Below, in pieces: positions 24,001 through 37,700 of a stretch of 64,000 bases of DNA (position 1 is its first letter; the number at the start of each line of letters is the position of its first letter). The position numbers were made by a program, and so were the translations under genes. The stretch is from the NCBI GenBank assembly GCA_965285935.1, contig OZ260667.1, positions 43,772,001-43,836,000 of the forward strand. Reading direction: 5' to 3'. A model generated the notes under the pieces. The model worked only from the letters and a program-made list of their open reading frames with translations, had not been told where the DNA came from and made no database searches. Origin of the DNA: Ophelia neglecta (Eukaryota).

Positions 24001-25199
24001 ATATTGAGAAATAACTATACTTGTCCAGATGTCTAGTCATCAGTCTTACTCACTAACTCTAATTTTTTGCAATATCTTCAAGGTTCAACCCTAGGTATAA
24101 ATAGTTTTCTTAACTAAAACTCTTGTTTGGCTGCTCAAAGCTAAGCATATCGTGTGGTTGTTCTTTGTGCAACCAATTATCACATGAAGTCATACTTAGT
24201 ATGTATGTCACTTAAATATGAAATAAATTTAGCAATTAGACTTATTTAATATAGCAAAAGGCATCACCTTTAAAAATTAGTAATTCAAGGTTAAATGTTT
24301 AGATTGTCTGGCACACATGACTGATTGTCACCTGACCTATGACATAATGTCTATGACAATTACAGTGTGTTCTATGAAACCTGTACATACAGTTGGCTAG
24401 TTTGCATTGAAACTAAGAACATTAAAAAATTATAATTATAAACACACTGCTTTCACAACCCTAATATAGGCCTATAGATATGTTATCAATTTATTTTCGA
24501 AATCAAATAATGTTTCAAACAAATTACTAAAAGCAAAACTTGTTTTATTGTGCCAATAAATTAGTTTTATTAAATGAGTGACTGGAAAAATTGTAATTTA
24601 AATAAACATGAAGGCAATTATATGAAAGCATCGCCTGGTTGGTGAAACAGGGGAACTAACAATACATTTAAACACAGGAATAAGAATAGAAATACTTTGC
24701 TTTGTGTAATAGTCATGAACCTGGTAATTAGAAACAAAACAAAGAGGATGAAATACATCGACGAACGGTTCAGTGACGAACTTTATATATGAAAAGAGGT
24801 AAAAGCATATATTGGAATACGAAATCAATAGGTAAGATCATATAGTTAATATTTTGGATGTGGATGATGGCAGTGGTAATGGTAATGTGCACCCCGTGGT
24901 CTGTAACGATGAACCACCGGTGTGCCCGCCGTAAGTAGCGTGAATGGTTCCTGGAAATGGTGTGAGGTCCAGTAGTCTGCAAGAAATTCATCTATACAGC
25001 AGTAGTGCGTCCTACAGTTCCAAAGGATAATCTTTCCATTTCGTTGTAACGTGTTTTCAGGCTTTTTAGTGCCCACAACACAGAGCTCCAGTTTGAACAC
25101 CAATCAATTATGCAAGCCCTGTATATTAATAAGCACCGCCGGCCGCGTCACACTGCACAGGCATGTACACGATAAAAGTGAAATAGCGGAGTGGGAATC

Positions 25200-25464
25200 A
25201 ACAAACACGTAAGACTACGAAAGAGCCATTTTTCGGTCAACACACATGTTACTAGACACACAGTCGTCAGCAGCATTCAACAGCAGAAATAAGGACTCGT
25301 GTAAACCGGCAGCCCTGTCTGTCTGCTGCAAGATGGCGGACGAAGAAGCTAGAAGAGCTACGAATGCGCTGCTCTGTGATTCCCGTCTGTGATCGAAGAG
25401 CACGCGAGACAGACAAAATTACATCCCACAACCGAATCCAACCATTTTGGAAGAGACAGAATTG
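25200..25464 (+). promoter_or_regulatory. Candidate promoter and first non-coding exon of the SUR-like gene, with a YY1-type motif and a 19-codon uORF
   Basis: Locally CpG-rich. CAAGATGGCGG at 25329-25339; ORF 25333-25392; strong donor TTG|GTAAGC at 25464/25465, followed by G-runs. The start coordinate is approximate. Confidence 0.4.
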
Positions 25465-26265
25465 GTAAGCGGGAATGCTGCACAGAAACGATCCCCTGGG
25501 GCTGAGTACGATTATCGTAGGTTGGATTTGGGGGGTGGGGTGGGTGTGGGGGTGGGGGTTGGGGGGGATTGTGGGGCAGGGGGGCGGGGAGGGAGAGGCC
25601 ACTACTTAGGGTACATATTCGTAGCCGGAGACTCAAATCCTGGGTCAATCTTATAGCAATGTAACTGAAAAGTCAACCCTATCTTGTCATATTTTATAGC
25701 AGCACATTAAAATGGGGGTCTATAATCTGTATATGACTATGGCGCTTATAGCAAGCCGGTCTGAGTGGCGCAAAACTGTTTGTTTTGATCACGCATTCTG
25801 CTATTGGAGACCTGCCAAAGGAGTTTTTATTAAGGTGAAACATTGGCTTTATTAAAGCACGGCACTGGGGCCGTCTCATGGCATATACCCGGGAACAGTT
25901 GGTCTTTTATCAGTCACCAGGGATAGCGGAGGCGGATGTCTCATTTTTGCGTTTGTGTAGCAGGCCTATTCACCTACTTCTGCTATCGTGGTTGCATGGT
26001 AATACCAGTTTCCTTGAAATACGGTATATGTCATGAAAAATGAAACTTTGGATAAGCGTAAAGGGGAAAGCTAATGAAGAGCCAGGCATCAGTGAATCTA
26101 GAGTAAAACGAAGATAATTATCTGTGCATCTGGGCGTTCTTCCACATTTTTCTCCATCGCCCCCCCCCCCCCCGTACACTGTTAGTGCATTATTGATAAA
26201 CAATTAAAAGTAACTGGTAAACCATTAAAAACAATGTTTTTGGCTAGGCATAATTGTGTATCAAT

Positions 26266-26303
26266 AATTATATCCCCGAAATGCGGATATTATGTTTTCA
26301 GTA

Positions 26304-26346
<43 letters not shown>

Positions 26347-27422
26347 GCCGCCGCCGCCGCCGCCGCCGCAGATTTTAGTCGTTAACGCGATAACTCAAAA
26401 ACCATTTCGTACATCTTTTTCAAATTCAACATAGCCATAGACCTTATTGAGAGGAGGAACTGATTAGATTCTGGTGAAAATCCACTAATTATTAATTAGT
26501 TAAAACAATTAATTAATTACGTCAGAAAGGCATTTTCTGCAATAACACAAAAAATATTTGATACATCTTTTTCTTATTTGACACAGCCATAGACCTTATT
26601 GAGAGGAAGACCTGTATTTATTCTGGTGAATTTCTGATAATTATTAATTAGTTAAAATAATTAATTAATTATGTCAAAAACACATTTTCTATCCTATATT
26701 CCAAAGTATAGATGATATTGGCTTGAGGTTTTGTGTCATGATTCATGTAATAACTATATACAATCTGTGTAATAAGTTAACTAGTTAAGTTTATTAATGA
26801 CCTGAAAAAAAATTAGTTAAGGTGGTTTTGCATTATTCTTGAGGTCATATGGAACCAACTTTATTAATGACCTGCCTTATTATTGAGGTTATATAGACGC
26901 TATTACAATCTGTGTAACAAGTTAACTAGCACTGTGTAATAAGTTATTAGTTAACTTTATTAATGGCCTGAAAATAAATTAGTTAATGCAGTTTTTCATT
27001 ATTATTGAGGTCATATGGAACCTACTACAATGTGTGTAATAAGTTAACTAGTTTATTAATGACCTGAAAAAAATTTAGTTAAGGTCATTTTGCATTATTA
27101 TTGAGGTCTTATGGAACCTACTAATAAGTTTGCTAGTTCATTTTATTAATGACCTGAAAAAAAACTTTAAGAATGACCTGCATTATTATTGAGGTCAAAT
27201 AGAACCTACTACAATCTGTGTAATAAGTTACTAGTACTGTGTAATAAGTTAACTAGTTTAACTTTATTAATGACCTGAACAAAAATTAGTTAAGGTAGTT
27301 TTGTGCCAACTAAAAACTACCATATTCACTACCTCGCCTTATGCCATGTTCCCCATTCGATTATTGCACGCATTCGCGGATATACCCCTTGCTGTCGGCC
27401 CCCCGACAGCGTTGGCCTAGTT
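26266..27422 (+). mobile_element. Helentron-associated (HINE / DINE-1 / pearl-like) non-autonomous element, copy 1
   Basis: 5' ATATCCCCGAAATGCGGATAT, then a (GCC)n microsatellite and internal AT-rich tandem units. 3' subterminal inverted repeat GCATTCGCGGATATA, hairpin GCTGTCGG..CCGACAGC and terminal CTAGTT. A second copy lies at 48446-49777. Confidence 0.75.
26305..26368. repeat. (GCC)n microsatellite inside HINE copy 1
   Basis: Direct reading. A shorter equivalent is at 48484-48513. Confidence 0.9.
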
Positions 27423-28708
27423 GTCTTTATTTAAGTGATTGGGGTAGACTCTATCTATTAGTAAAAACTCTGTAAAGAAGAGCTTGGGTAAAGAGGTCGC
27501 TGAGCTGGGGTCGCATTCTAACACCGCCGTTCGTCTCTCGTCTGCTTTCCGATTCAGTGCCATGATCAAATATTGACCTCTGCATGTTAAATCTCATTCA
27601 CTAAAAAGAGAAACTTATTATACGGGTCAAAAGTCTGCCCCAGGGATCGCGCACTACGGAGTCACTATTTTGATCAGAGAGTTGCATGGTCCATAGCAAT
27701 TTGTCTCTGACGAAGACAGGCGATTTATTAAGGAATTGCCAAACAGCTTTTCTATAGCCTATATACTTACCACTCGAGTAGACCAATTTGCGAACAGCTA
27801 GGACCATTGATTTGACTTTCTCTTGATAAACAAAGGTCACACCATGTCCTACCCTTAAAATGTAAGTATAAAATGGGAATTTAATATTAGTAAATCATTA
27901 ATAATACTAGTAAAGTGAAGTCTTCAGGGTAGGTCTGGCACGTGAAGCAGGGTATACCCTGCTCATTATAATAGCCGAACACTGTAATAAGTCTATCAGG
28001 GATACGGACTGTGACTCTGTAGTTCGTCTTATAATAAATATCACAGCTGCATAGTTCTTGAACATAGATAACGCAACGTATTCCATCAGCAAGGCTAATA
28101 TTTACTGGCGGATATAAAGGGCATGACGACTCTTCTGGACCCACCTGTTATTTTCCCGAAGTTGAACTAGACAGCTTATGCGAGGAGACCCCATCCTTAA
28201 CACCTGTCATACTTCCTCTTAATTATAGTGAATGTTGCTTTCAAAATGCTGCATTGTATACCCGACAGTATGATAAAACGCGTATGTCTGCTTCAACAAT
28301 GTTGCTATAAAATAGGCCTATTTATCGTGAAAATGTCGCATTATATTGATTTTAATGCTGTTTATAATAGAAATGATACGTACAACTGCTACAGCAGACT
28401 GCAATGTGCTCATTAAATCATATCTATTAAATTGGCTCCTTGTGTTGCTTTTACTGACTGGCCTAATGGCTATCTTCGTAATGCGTTTCCTTCGAGTGAA
28501 TTGTCAATTTAATCATACTTGTATTCCAGTTCGTATTAATTAATTACTAATTTTTCAGGATCATTTATCACACACGAGTTCGGAAAGCAGCTGTGTATAA
28601 GAGGTTAAGGACTAGATTAAATGAACTCTAGGTCTAGACTGGTTATGAGGAAAACCGTTACCAGCCATATTGAAATCACTATTATTTCATCATCTTGTAT
28701 CAGTCAAA

Positions 28709-31700
28709 ATGGGACAACAGTGCCAGGATGTAGCTGCTTTGTCTGGCCAACAGTATCCAGTAGCTCTTCTTCTTTTACATGTGTTATTCATAGGACTGGG
28801 AGTAACTTTATTAATTGTACTGCGAGTTTGCAAACGAAGTCAACCGGCGTCCAAACTACAACCTAGTAGATACCCCGGTCACGTGGCTCGATGGGCTGGG
28901 ACTATAGTCCTACTGGTGTTACAAGCGTTTACTATTATGTGTGGCATTCTTACCGCACACAGATTTGATTCGCCTTCAAATTGGAGACTTTATTTACCAT
29001 ATATTCTTGGGCTATTTGGCACTATTTTTTCAACAATATACTGTCATTATGCAGAAGCAACTGGCAATCCTAAGGCGTTGTTATTTGTGATACTGTATTG
29101 GATAGCAGGATTTGGGCTTCAGTTTCTTCAATTCATTGAGTCTGTGATATGGATTAAAGCAATTGATAGCAGCATTGGGTTTCACTTGAATTGGATGGTG
29201 ATGTGCGCCTACATGACATTGCTCCTCATAGAAGTATACGTCATTGTAAAAGAGGTACAGTAATAAGATTAGCATAGTTTTTTCTGTGTATTTAAACTCC
29301 GGTTTACGCCTACACGATTTGGACAACGATTTATCCCGATTAGTCGTAGCCCCAAACACCGTGGGTAGTCGTGAGAGAAGCTCCACGATGTCACCTGCTA
29401 CGATGGCTCTACGGGGGCTGAGATTAACCACAGCGACCCTACGATTTGTACTGACTAATGCTGACTTCTCTATGACCTCAAATTAGTTTGACCACGAATA
29501 CGGAGTATTCTCTCACGACCATGGACCGACTGAGCCACGACCAACAACGCTTAGCGACGATTTCAGTAGGCTATAAGTACGATTTATCACGACAGATTTA
29601 CGACTTACTGCTCCACTATTCACGATTTGAGATTTGGGTCAAATCGTGACGATTCGTAGCAACGTCGCAACATAAGCGTGCAAAAGTACTGGGAATCTTA
29701 GGAAAATATCTCCCGACTGCTCAGGATTAACAACGATCGGCATCAGGCTCAAACCTGCCCCGGTGGATGCATTCCGACCTCCACGATGCACAACGACTGC
29801 GGCACAAAGTCATCCCAATCAACAGGATATTCCAAATAGTATATCCATTGTGGTCCAAATCGTGAAGGTGTGACCGGGGCTTTATAAAGCTTTTTTTTTG
29901 TGCTGCCACCACAGCGTTGTTATATTATTTATTATGTGCATACATTCAGGTCAGTTTTGGTATAAGGGCATCTAAACTACTTTCTTATGTCTACAGGGTC
30001 CATGAAGGGGTGCGCACACTACAAAATCTGCTCTTCTAACGATGAAATTTAACTAAAATATTTTTTAATATAACAGGCTCGTGTTCGCAACACTGGGATT
30101 TGACTAAGTTTAATTAATTTTGCACATCTGATTAACCAATTAAATTTCATAAAACCCAGATAATTTTATCTATATTATAAACTATTATAACTGTTATGTT
30201 GATGATATCACTTTCGTGTTTAACTTTTACTGGGCTCCGCACTTAATAATTTGCATCTTATATGATATACCACATAAGATAATAGATCAACAGCATTATG
30301 TCTTTAATTTATTCTTATATGACTTACTTTCAATTTATAAAGGTATTCATATTACTGATGTTTATCAAATCAATCTGTGCACTTTAGCAGTGCATAAAAT
30401 TTCACTCGGATATTCTTGTGCAGGTTTGGAACCCCGAAATACTAAATGTTAATTTGGTAAAACTGGTATAAAAGTATAATGAATTTCATTTTTCATTATA
30501 TTTGACGTGAGTGCACTTAACTTGATTGTGCGGGACCCGATTGTAAACTTTGAGGATATTTTTCTCAATTGGTTCTATCTTTCAGAGATACCTGTCATGT
30601 AGCTACCAACCACCCTGTATAGAGGATGATCTGAGCGAGATCACATACATTCACCCGTACACAAATCTACTTTCTCAGACAACCTGGCACTGGATCAATA
30701 GGTTTTTACTACATGGCTACAAACACACTATACAGTTAGAAGATCTAGGGATCTTACCACGGGTATTATGCTAGTAAAATGCAAATCAAGTATAATTGCA
30801 TGTACATTTCTCTTGTCTTGTATTACGCATACTAAACGCCTCCATTCACTGTGCCAAATTTTGTATTGTTTGACTGTTCACTTTCAGTCAGAACATGTTC
30901 AACTCAATTACGCTGCTTTCAAGAAAGCTTTTTTGAAAGAAAAGGTGTAGTATGACCTTGTTAATACGCTTGAAGCAAATGCTTTATAGTTCTCAAAACT
31001 AGTTTTCAAAAATATACTTGAGATAAACAAACAAAATCATACGCAAAAGCACAGTTAAAATATATATCTTTATTATCATATGACGTCCTCATATACGTAT
31101 TTTGCATCTAGTGTTTTTCCAAGCTTTCCTAGAAATAAGCCGTTATTATTTCTGTTCAGAAAAGAAGCGGCGGTGTAAAGGAGAAGGCCTCCCTGTGGAG
31201 GTGTATTTTTGAAGTGTCCTGGCCGATGGTCTCCCTGGCTGGAGTTTACCTGCTGCTCTCTAATTGTCTGCTGTTTGTGGCACCTGTGTGCCTGGATTAC
31301 ATGGTCCAATTCGTGATTAAGTCCTTGGAGCAAACAGACAACTCTAGCCATGTGGCTGCAAATGACCACATGGTACACATGATACAAATTTATAACTCAA
31401 CAATTATTCGAGTGCCGTGTCCTCTCACTGGTAGTCAACCTCGCTGATTTTTGACACGGAAAGAAAGTGATAATATCACAAAGTTTTATTGTTCTACCTT
31501 CGTTTTTATAACAGACACTATTTTGTTCTTCGGTTTTTTCTATTGCTTCATTATGCTTATTTTGGGGTTGGGTGTGAATGAGTAAAGAAGAGAGGCGAAG
31601 GTAAGGGGGAGAGTTAGACTGTGTTGGAATGTTTAAAGCCATGAGGCTTTTGTCAGTTTTTTTGTAGTCCCTTTGCTATTGCTGCCAAGAACAATCTGCC

Positions 31701-34700
31701 ATGAAACATTGTACTTACCAATTTTCCCTTGTATGTAACAACGTGTTGTTACTGGTTCCAGTATTAACATCATGAATTATTCCAACAATTTATTCAAGTA
31801 AATCAGTGCTATGATACAGTGATTTTGCTGACCGTTGGCCATCGGCCATTTGCCGACAAAAACAGTAAATGTCCTAAACTTTTAAAAAGCTTCCGGACAT
31901 TTGTCCGATGGCTTTTGCCGCCTGGTTACCTGTCAGAATCAATACAGCTCGTTTATAACGCACGTAGAAACAGATAACTATAGTTTATTTTATGTAGTTT
32001 GTCCTGGCTAAATCCAGCACATGTTATTTACACTTTTATTTCCTCCGCAAAACAAAGAGAGCTCGTATTTGTTAGAGCGCCGCTCATTGGTTGAGTGATG
32101 TTCAGTCTCGCGAATCAGACAGCCTGTTGCTTTCTAGCAGCTGTTTGCTAGAAGTATATACGATGCCCCCTACTTTCCATCTCCCGGGAAATCTCCCATG
32201 CTCCGCGCAACGTGTGCAGTTCCAAATTGCTGAGCCAAACTACCAAGTAATGGTGGGGGGACAGATGTAGTGTCACTAATGTGTGTCACTGGTGTGTGTA
32301 CCAGTATTGTGACGGTGTGGGGAGCTGGCAGACGTGTTTGCTTGCGGCCAAGCACATACGTGTAGTTGTATATACACTTCACCCACCAACACTCCCTCAA
32401 GCTCCATTATTACTGCCATATATGCATGTATTGTAAATCTTCATATCCATATAAAAAATTCATTGTATTTCATCAAATTAAAATCAGTTATGAGGTGTTT
32501 TTTTTATCTTTTTTTTTGTGCCATAAAAGTGTCCTGAAAATATGCAGACTGTCCTGAATTTATTTGACAATTCAGGACAAATGTCCTGACAAATTCTGAA
32601 CCCAGCAAAATCACTGATAAGATATCCCCCGGGTATTGGTAAAATGTAAGATGTGTGTACTCATTGTGGATATAGGCCTACCGATCAATAGACGATGTAA
32701 TATGCATGAAAACCTGATTTTATGATTTCAACAAGGACATGTCAATGGGAGACAATGGCCTAATCATAGCCGATTCTAGCTATGGTGGTACCTGTGTAAT
32801 GGTATTGGTTCAGTGGTGGTTTAAATACGTGCTGCCCAAAGACACATTGCCTATTAATTTTTTTTACATGCAATTTTAACAATTTCAGATATCAAGGCCG
32901 ACTGACCCCAGTCTATTTTTAAAGCAATGTTTAAACTGTGCTGAAATATTAATTTAATATCTACCATCTACCAATAATGTGAATTATGTGGATTTGTTTT
33001 ATGTGTTTTGTAGGAAAACAACTTTACCTATCATTGTGGAGAGCAACTTACAGTAGAAGACTATTTTAGCAATGGTTATGTCCTGGCATTGGTCACCCTG
33101 ATTGCGGCCCTCACACAGGCCACTTTATATCAAAATAGTTACTACCTCGCCTGTAGACAAGGTTTAAGATGTAAGGGGGCTCTGCAGGTAAGAACAAACG
33201 AAATGCACATTCAGTCCAATATGTGTATGCCCTAGACGTTGGTTAAAATATGTAATCGAGAAATTGGTTCAGTAGTAATTGGAATTTGAAAGGCATATAT
33301 TCAATATTGATTTAGTGAACAGTTGTTACTTTTTTCTAGGCTCTGGTATACAGCACGTCACTGGGGCTCTCCACCCAGGGGATGACAGAAGAAGGGACGA
33401 CACAGGGTCAGATCCTCAACCATATGTCAGTAGACCCAGTTAACATTTACATGTTCTTCTATCTGGGTCAATTCGCATGGAACCTTCCCATTCAGGTCGG
33501 TTATGTTATAATTTTGTGGCATCGATTCATAGTTGAACGCATTGCTTTGTAGTAGTTATATTGCTATATTCCGAAAAAACGGGACCGGATAAGCTGCAGA
33601 CAAAGCAAAATCATTAGTCAAGAATAGACCATTAAAACTGTCCGAAATCATAAGGACCCAGCAGCCACAGCCCCCACACAACAATCCACAGGTCCCTAAC
33701 AGTGAGCAAACTAGTCCTAAAATACAAAAGTACAAATTGAAATTGATTTCATTTGCAATGAAAAGTATTCAGCAGTGTTCATTGGAGATATGGCCCAGGA
33801 GAGCCTGTTAAAGCCTTAGCTCTCTTTAGTAACACAAAAACTTTTATTTTACAGCATTCATTCATTCATGTACTGTTTTGTGTGCGTTTTTTTCTGTTCA
33901 AGAAATAAAAGTAAATGTTTTGTTTGACTATATATCATTATATATAGCTTCCAAACCAATTTGAAGAAAAAGAGGAGAAACTTACTAACTCACCCTTTTT
34001 GTCACACTGCTTAATTTGTGCTATAGGAAACTTGTTTTTAGCTGCACATCTCACAAACATTGACTCAGAGCCTATAATGCTATGGGTAGCATATACTTAC
34101 AAGGGATACTAATATACTTTTCTAACTGATGGGCGAATTGTGATGCCATGAAAATGAAAAATAATGACCCATGCCTGTTGTACAAGCTGGATCATGTTAG
34201 TTTAACCAGTTCTGAAAGGCAGATTAGGGCTACATCAATGAATATAAGCTTTTCGAAATTTATACTTTTATATCGGCTTAATCCCTAAGTATGCGCAAAT
34301 TATGGACTATCATAACATAATTAAGCTTTTTAGTATTTCCGTTATTGCAGTGCGTTTCCGATACCCAACGCATATAATTGGTCCATGCTTATTTACGACA
34401 CTCCCGTATCTTTTCCTGTGACATTTATACCGATGTAATTATTAATATTGGTTGCTTTTATCATAAACATAAATCATTAATTATAAAGGCATTGACGAGC
34501 AACAATTACCTAAGTAAACAAGCTACAAATATACATTGCCATTCCGTGCTCGTAGGTCCCCTCAACTCTCATGCTTATTTTATTTCTAATACTTTTGTAT
34601 ATTACTGGTGTTTATCTTTTTATTAATAACACAGTTTTAGTGTTAACGCTTATTTTTTAATAGAACTAATATGACGTTATTTATAATTGCTTAAAGAAAG

Positions 34701-37700
34701 ATACCTGCCTGTCCTACAAAATTGATCGGAAAACATTACTTAAAGTTCTTATTTAAGTGTATAAGTTATACTTTTTTTCAGGTGCTTATTGGATTTGCCT
34801 TGCTGTATAGGAAATTGGGTGTCTCGGCACTTATTAGTGGCCTGCTTATTGTTGTCATGGTACCATTACAGTATTTCATAGGCTCCAGATTGGCTCGTGT
34901 ACAAAAGAAAATAATGGTACCTTCTATTCGATCATTTATAATATTGAGTGAATTAGGTTATCTGATATTGTTCCAAAAATATTGCATATTACAAAAGATG
35001 CATTTGCTCCTTTACTTTTATTCAGTAGGGCCAATAAAAATCTGCAAGACTGCTCTTTCGAATGGCTTTTACCTTTATTGATAAGTCCAATTGTCCTTGG
35101 AAATAAAACCCAAATATTTAAATAGTTAATGGAGACAATTGCGTTCATGTTTATCAGGAACAAGCCGACGAAAGGCTGAAGAAGTGTAATGAGGTCCTTC
35201 AGAGTATCAAGCTACTTAAGCTGTACGCCTGGGAGGCAATATTCACTAAATCAATCACAGAAACCCGGAAGAAAGAACTCCGACTATTATTTCAAGCTGG
35301 GATGTATCGTACAATATCAGGTAATAGCGCTGTATTGTAATTTTATTTCGGTAGGGAAGATGGAATTTGTTTTTTTAATTAGATATGTAGGCCTGGATAT
35401 ATCTTTTAATCGTTTTGTATTTATAATATAAGGCTTGGAATTCTCTTGTGTCAAAGTTTTGCTGCCTATATATGCGTATGTATTGGAAAGTTCTGTAGCA
35501 AAACAAAGCAAAATCTAAATCTAAATTGACACACATGGAGTGAATACACGGTAGACAAACTTAAACAGATACCAATAAATTAATCTACAAATTCTTGAAG
35601 AAGTCTCAACTGCAAGCAACATAAACATTCTTCAACTCCTCTAAGTCAAATATTTTTGGCAAACTGAAATGTTATTAACAGGTTGCCCCAATTGAAAATA
35701 ATTATGGGGTTTCCCGCCTGCCAAATGAACGCATGAGACTTTTTTAGATTGACCAGGTCACGTACATCCAGTAAATACGACGCTATATCACCTGTCGGCG
35801 CTATGGGAGACAAAAGAAATCATCTACACTTGCCCTAGCGCATGCCGCTTGCGGTGAACGCCAGGGCCAGGTATAGAGCCTACGTATAACGTGCAGGGAC
35901 CCTTTTATTGGAACTAGCCAACCATTATTCTTTATGTTTTGCGAGAGCTTAGAATATCATAAACTCTCAAAGGATATATTTCATCACTGTCCTACGTAGG
36001 CCACTGACTCGTTTGTTTCGGTTTCTGACCCGCATGGTTGTTTAGGGAGTTGAAAAATGTGCTATTTAATGTTTTATTGTCAATTTGATAGAGAACGTTT
36101 ATTTCCGAACCACTGGTCAACATTATTATTTCAGTATCGATATGTGATGCAGCTCCAGTAGCAGCAGCTCTTGTAGTAAGTAGCAATAATGAACATTAAT
36201 TTTTCTGAGGCAAGCGACGATATTAACTATTCCTAGATAAATATAATTATATAATTATGGTGTCCCATTCTTCATATTCTTCGAACAATAAGTAAGTCCA
36301 TTCAGGACTACACAAAAGACACCACGTAAGATCTGTGGCCTCCTTTTATATACGACTTAAGCTTAATTGCTGATGACTGGTTTCCATCATACACCCACTC
36401 TTGTGTCAACAATATAAAACGTGCCCAGCAATTTTTATAATCAAAATACCATATTATCTCAATAGAACTTGCATCGGAAATATGATACTGCGTTTGACCC
36501 GAGCAATTACATTTTATCATTCTACTTATAATAGATAATAAATAAAACCAAAGAAGGTGGGGATATGTAGGGCCGTGGTTATTGTATTTATCATGTGCAT
36601 CTTCGGGCCATTCTAATTCGGGCTCATTATTTCAGACATTTTGTATTTATCCATATCTGGAAAAGAAACCCTTGGAAGCAGGAAAAGTATTCTCCGGGCT
36701 TGCCCTTTTTGCCATTCTGTCGCTCCCTCTTTACATGATCACCATGGTAATGAATGGAATGTCCCATGCTTTAGTAAGCACTCGGCGTTTGCGTGATTTT
36801 CTCTTTGCTCAGCAAGTTGAACCACAGGAGTTGACACATAATGTGCAAAATGTGGACGAAAGTATTCATCCACTTATCTACAGAAATGAAAATATTACTT
36901 CGGCAAATGAAAAAGTCAACAATGAAATTGAAGGTCTCGAATGCCCAGGTGAATGTGATAATTTAATAGTAAACACTGCTCATCACAATATTGTACCAAA
37001 ATCTATTGGAGGAAAGCGAGCCTCGGGCAAGCAGCCATCTGACAAGCTGGAAATGGATACATGCCAGAGCACTGATGTTACATTTAAAAAGCCTGAAGTT
37101 ACATCAGAGGGATCACTAAGTATGGAAGTCGCAGTGGAAGTAAGAAATGGCTGCTTTAGTTGGAATCTGCAAACTCAGACGCCAGTGATTAAAGATTTGG
37201 AATTACAAATAAAAAAAGGTCCGTAATGATTTATGCAAAAAAAAAAATCTTATGGAAAATACAAAGTTAGCGTTCGTTTAAGCAATGGTCTACCTTACAT
37301 ATATAATGAGATATATTGTTGGCGACTTGCATTTTAGGAGAGTTTACCATGATAGTTGGACCAGTCGGGAGTGGGAAGTCATCTTTACTACTGGCCATGC
37401 TGGGAGAGATGACCACAATCTCGGGCAGTGTGGCCTGGCAAAAGTATGCAAACTGTCACTCAGTTATAAGTTGATATCAAACACAATAATACTCTCTTTA
37501 TCAACATGATTGTAGGTCAGGATTCAGTACCAGTAATGGTATCGTTTAGCCATAACTAGAAAAATATCATACATTGACTTACAACGATCCGAAGTCAATC
37601 AATTAAACAAAATGTATCCTCATTCAACTCTTCAACATAAACTCCCCTTAACTTTCGTCTGAAATAATAAAAAAAAATTCATACGAAACTCTCCCGGGGG

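Noticed and set aside
26234-26434. Poly-Ala/poly-Pro ORF
   Set aside because: It is the translation of the (GCC)n microsatellite within the HINE-like element.
35780-35900. Small GC-rich hairpin-like segment (gccctagcg...cgccagggc) as an ncRNA
   Set aside because: No tRNA, snoRNA or miRNA hallmarks that I can support; more likely a repeat remnant.
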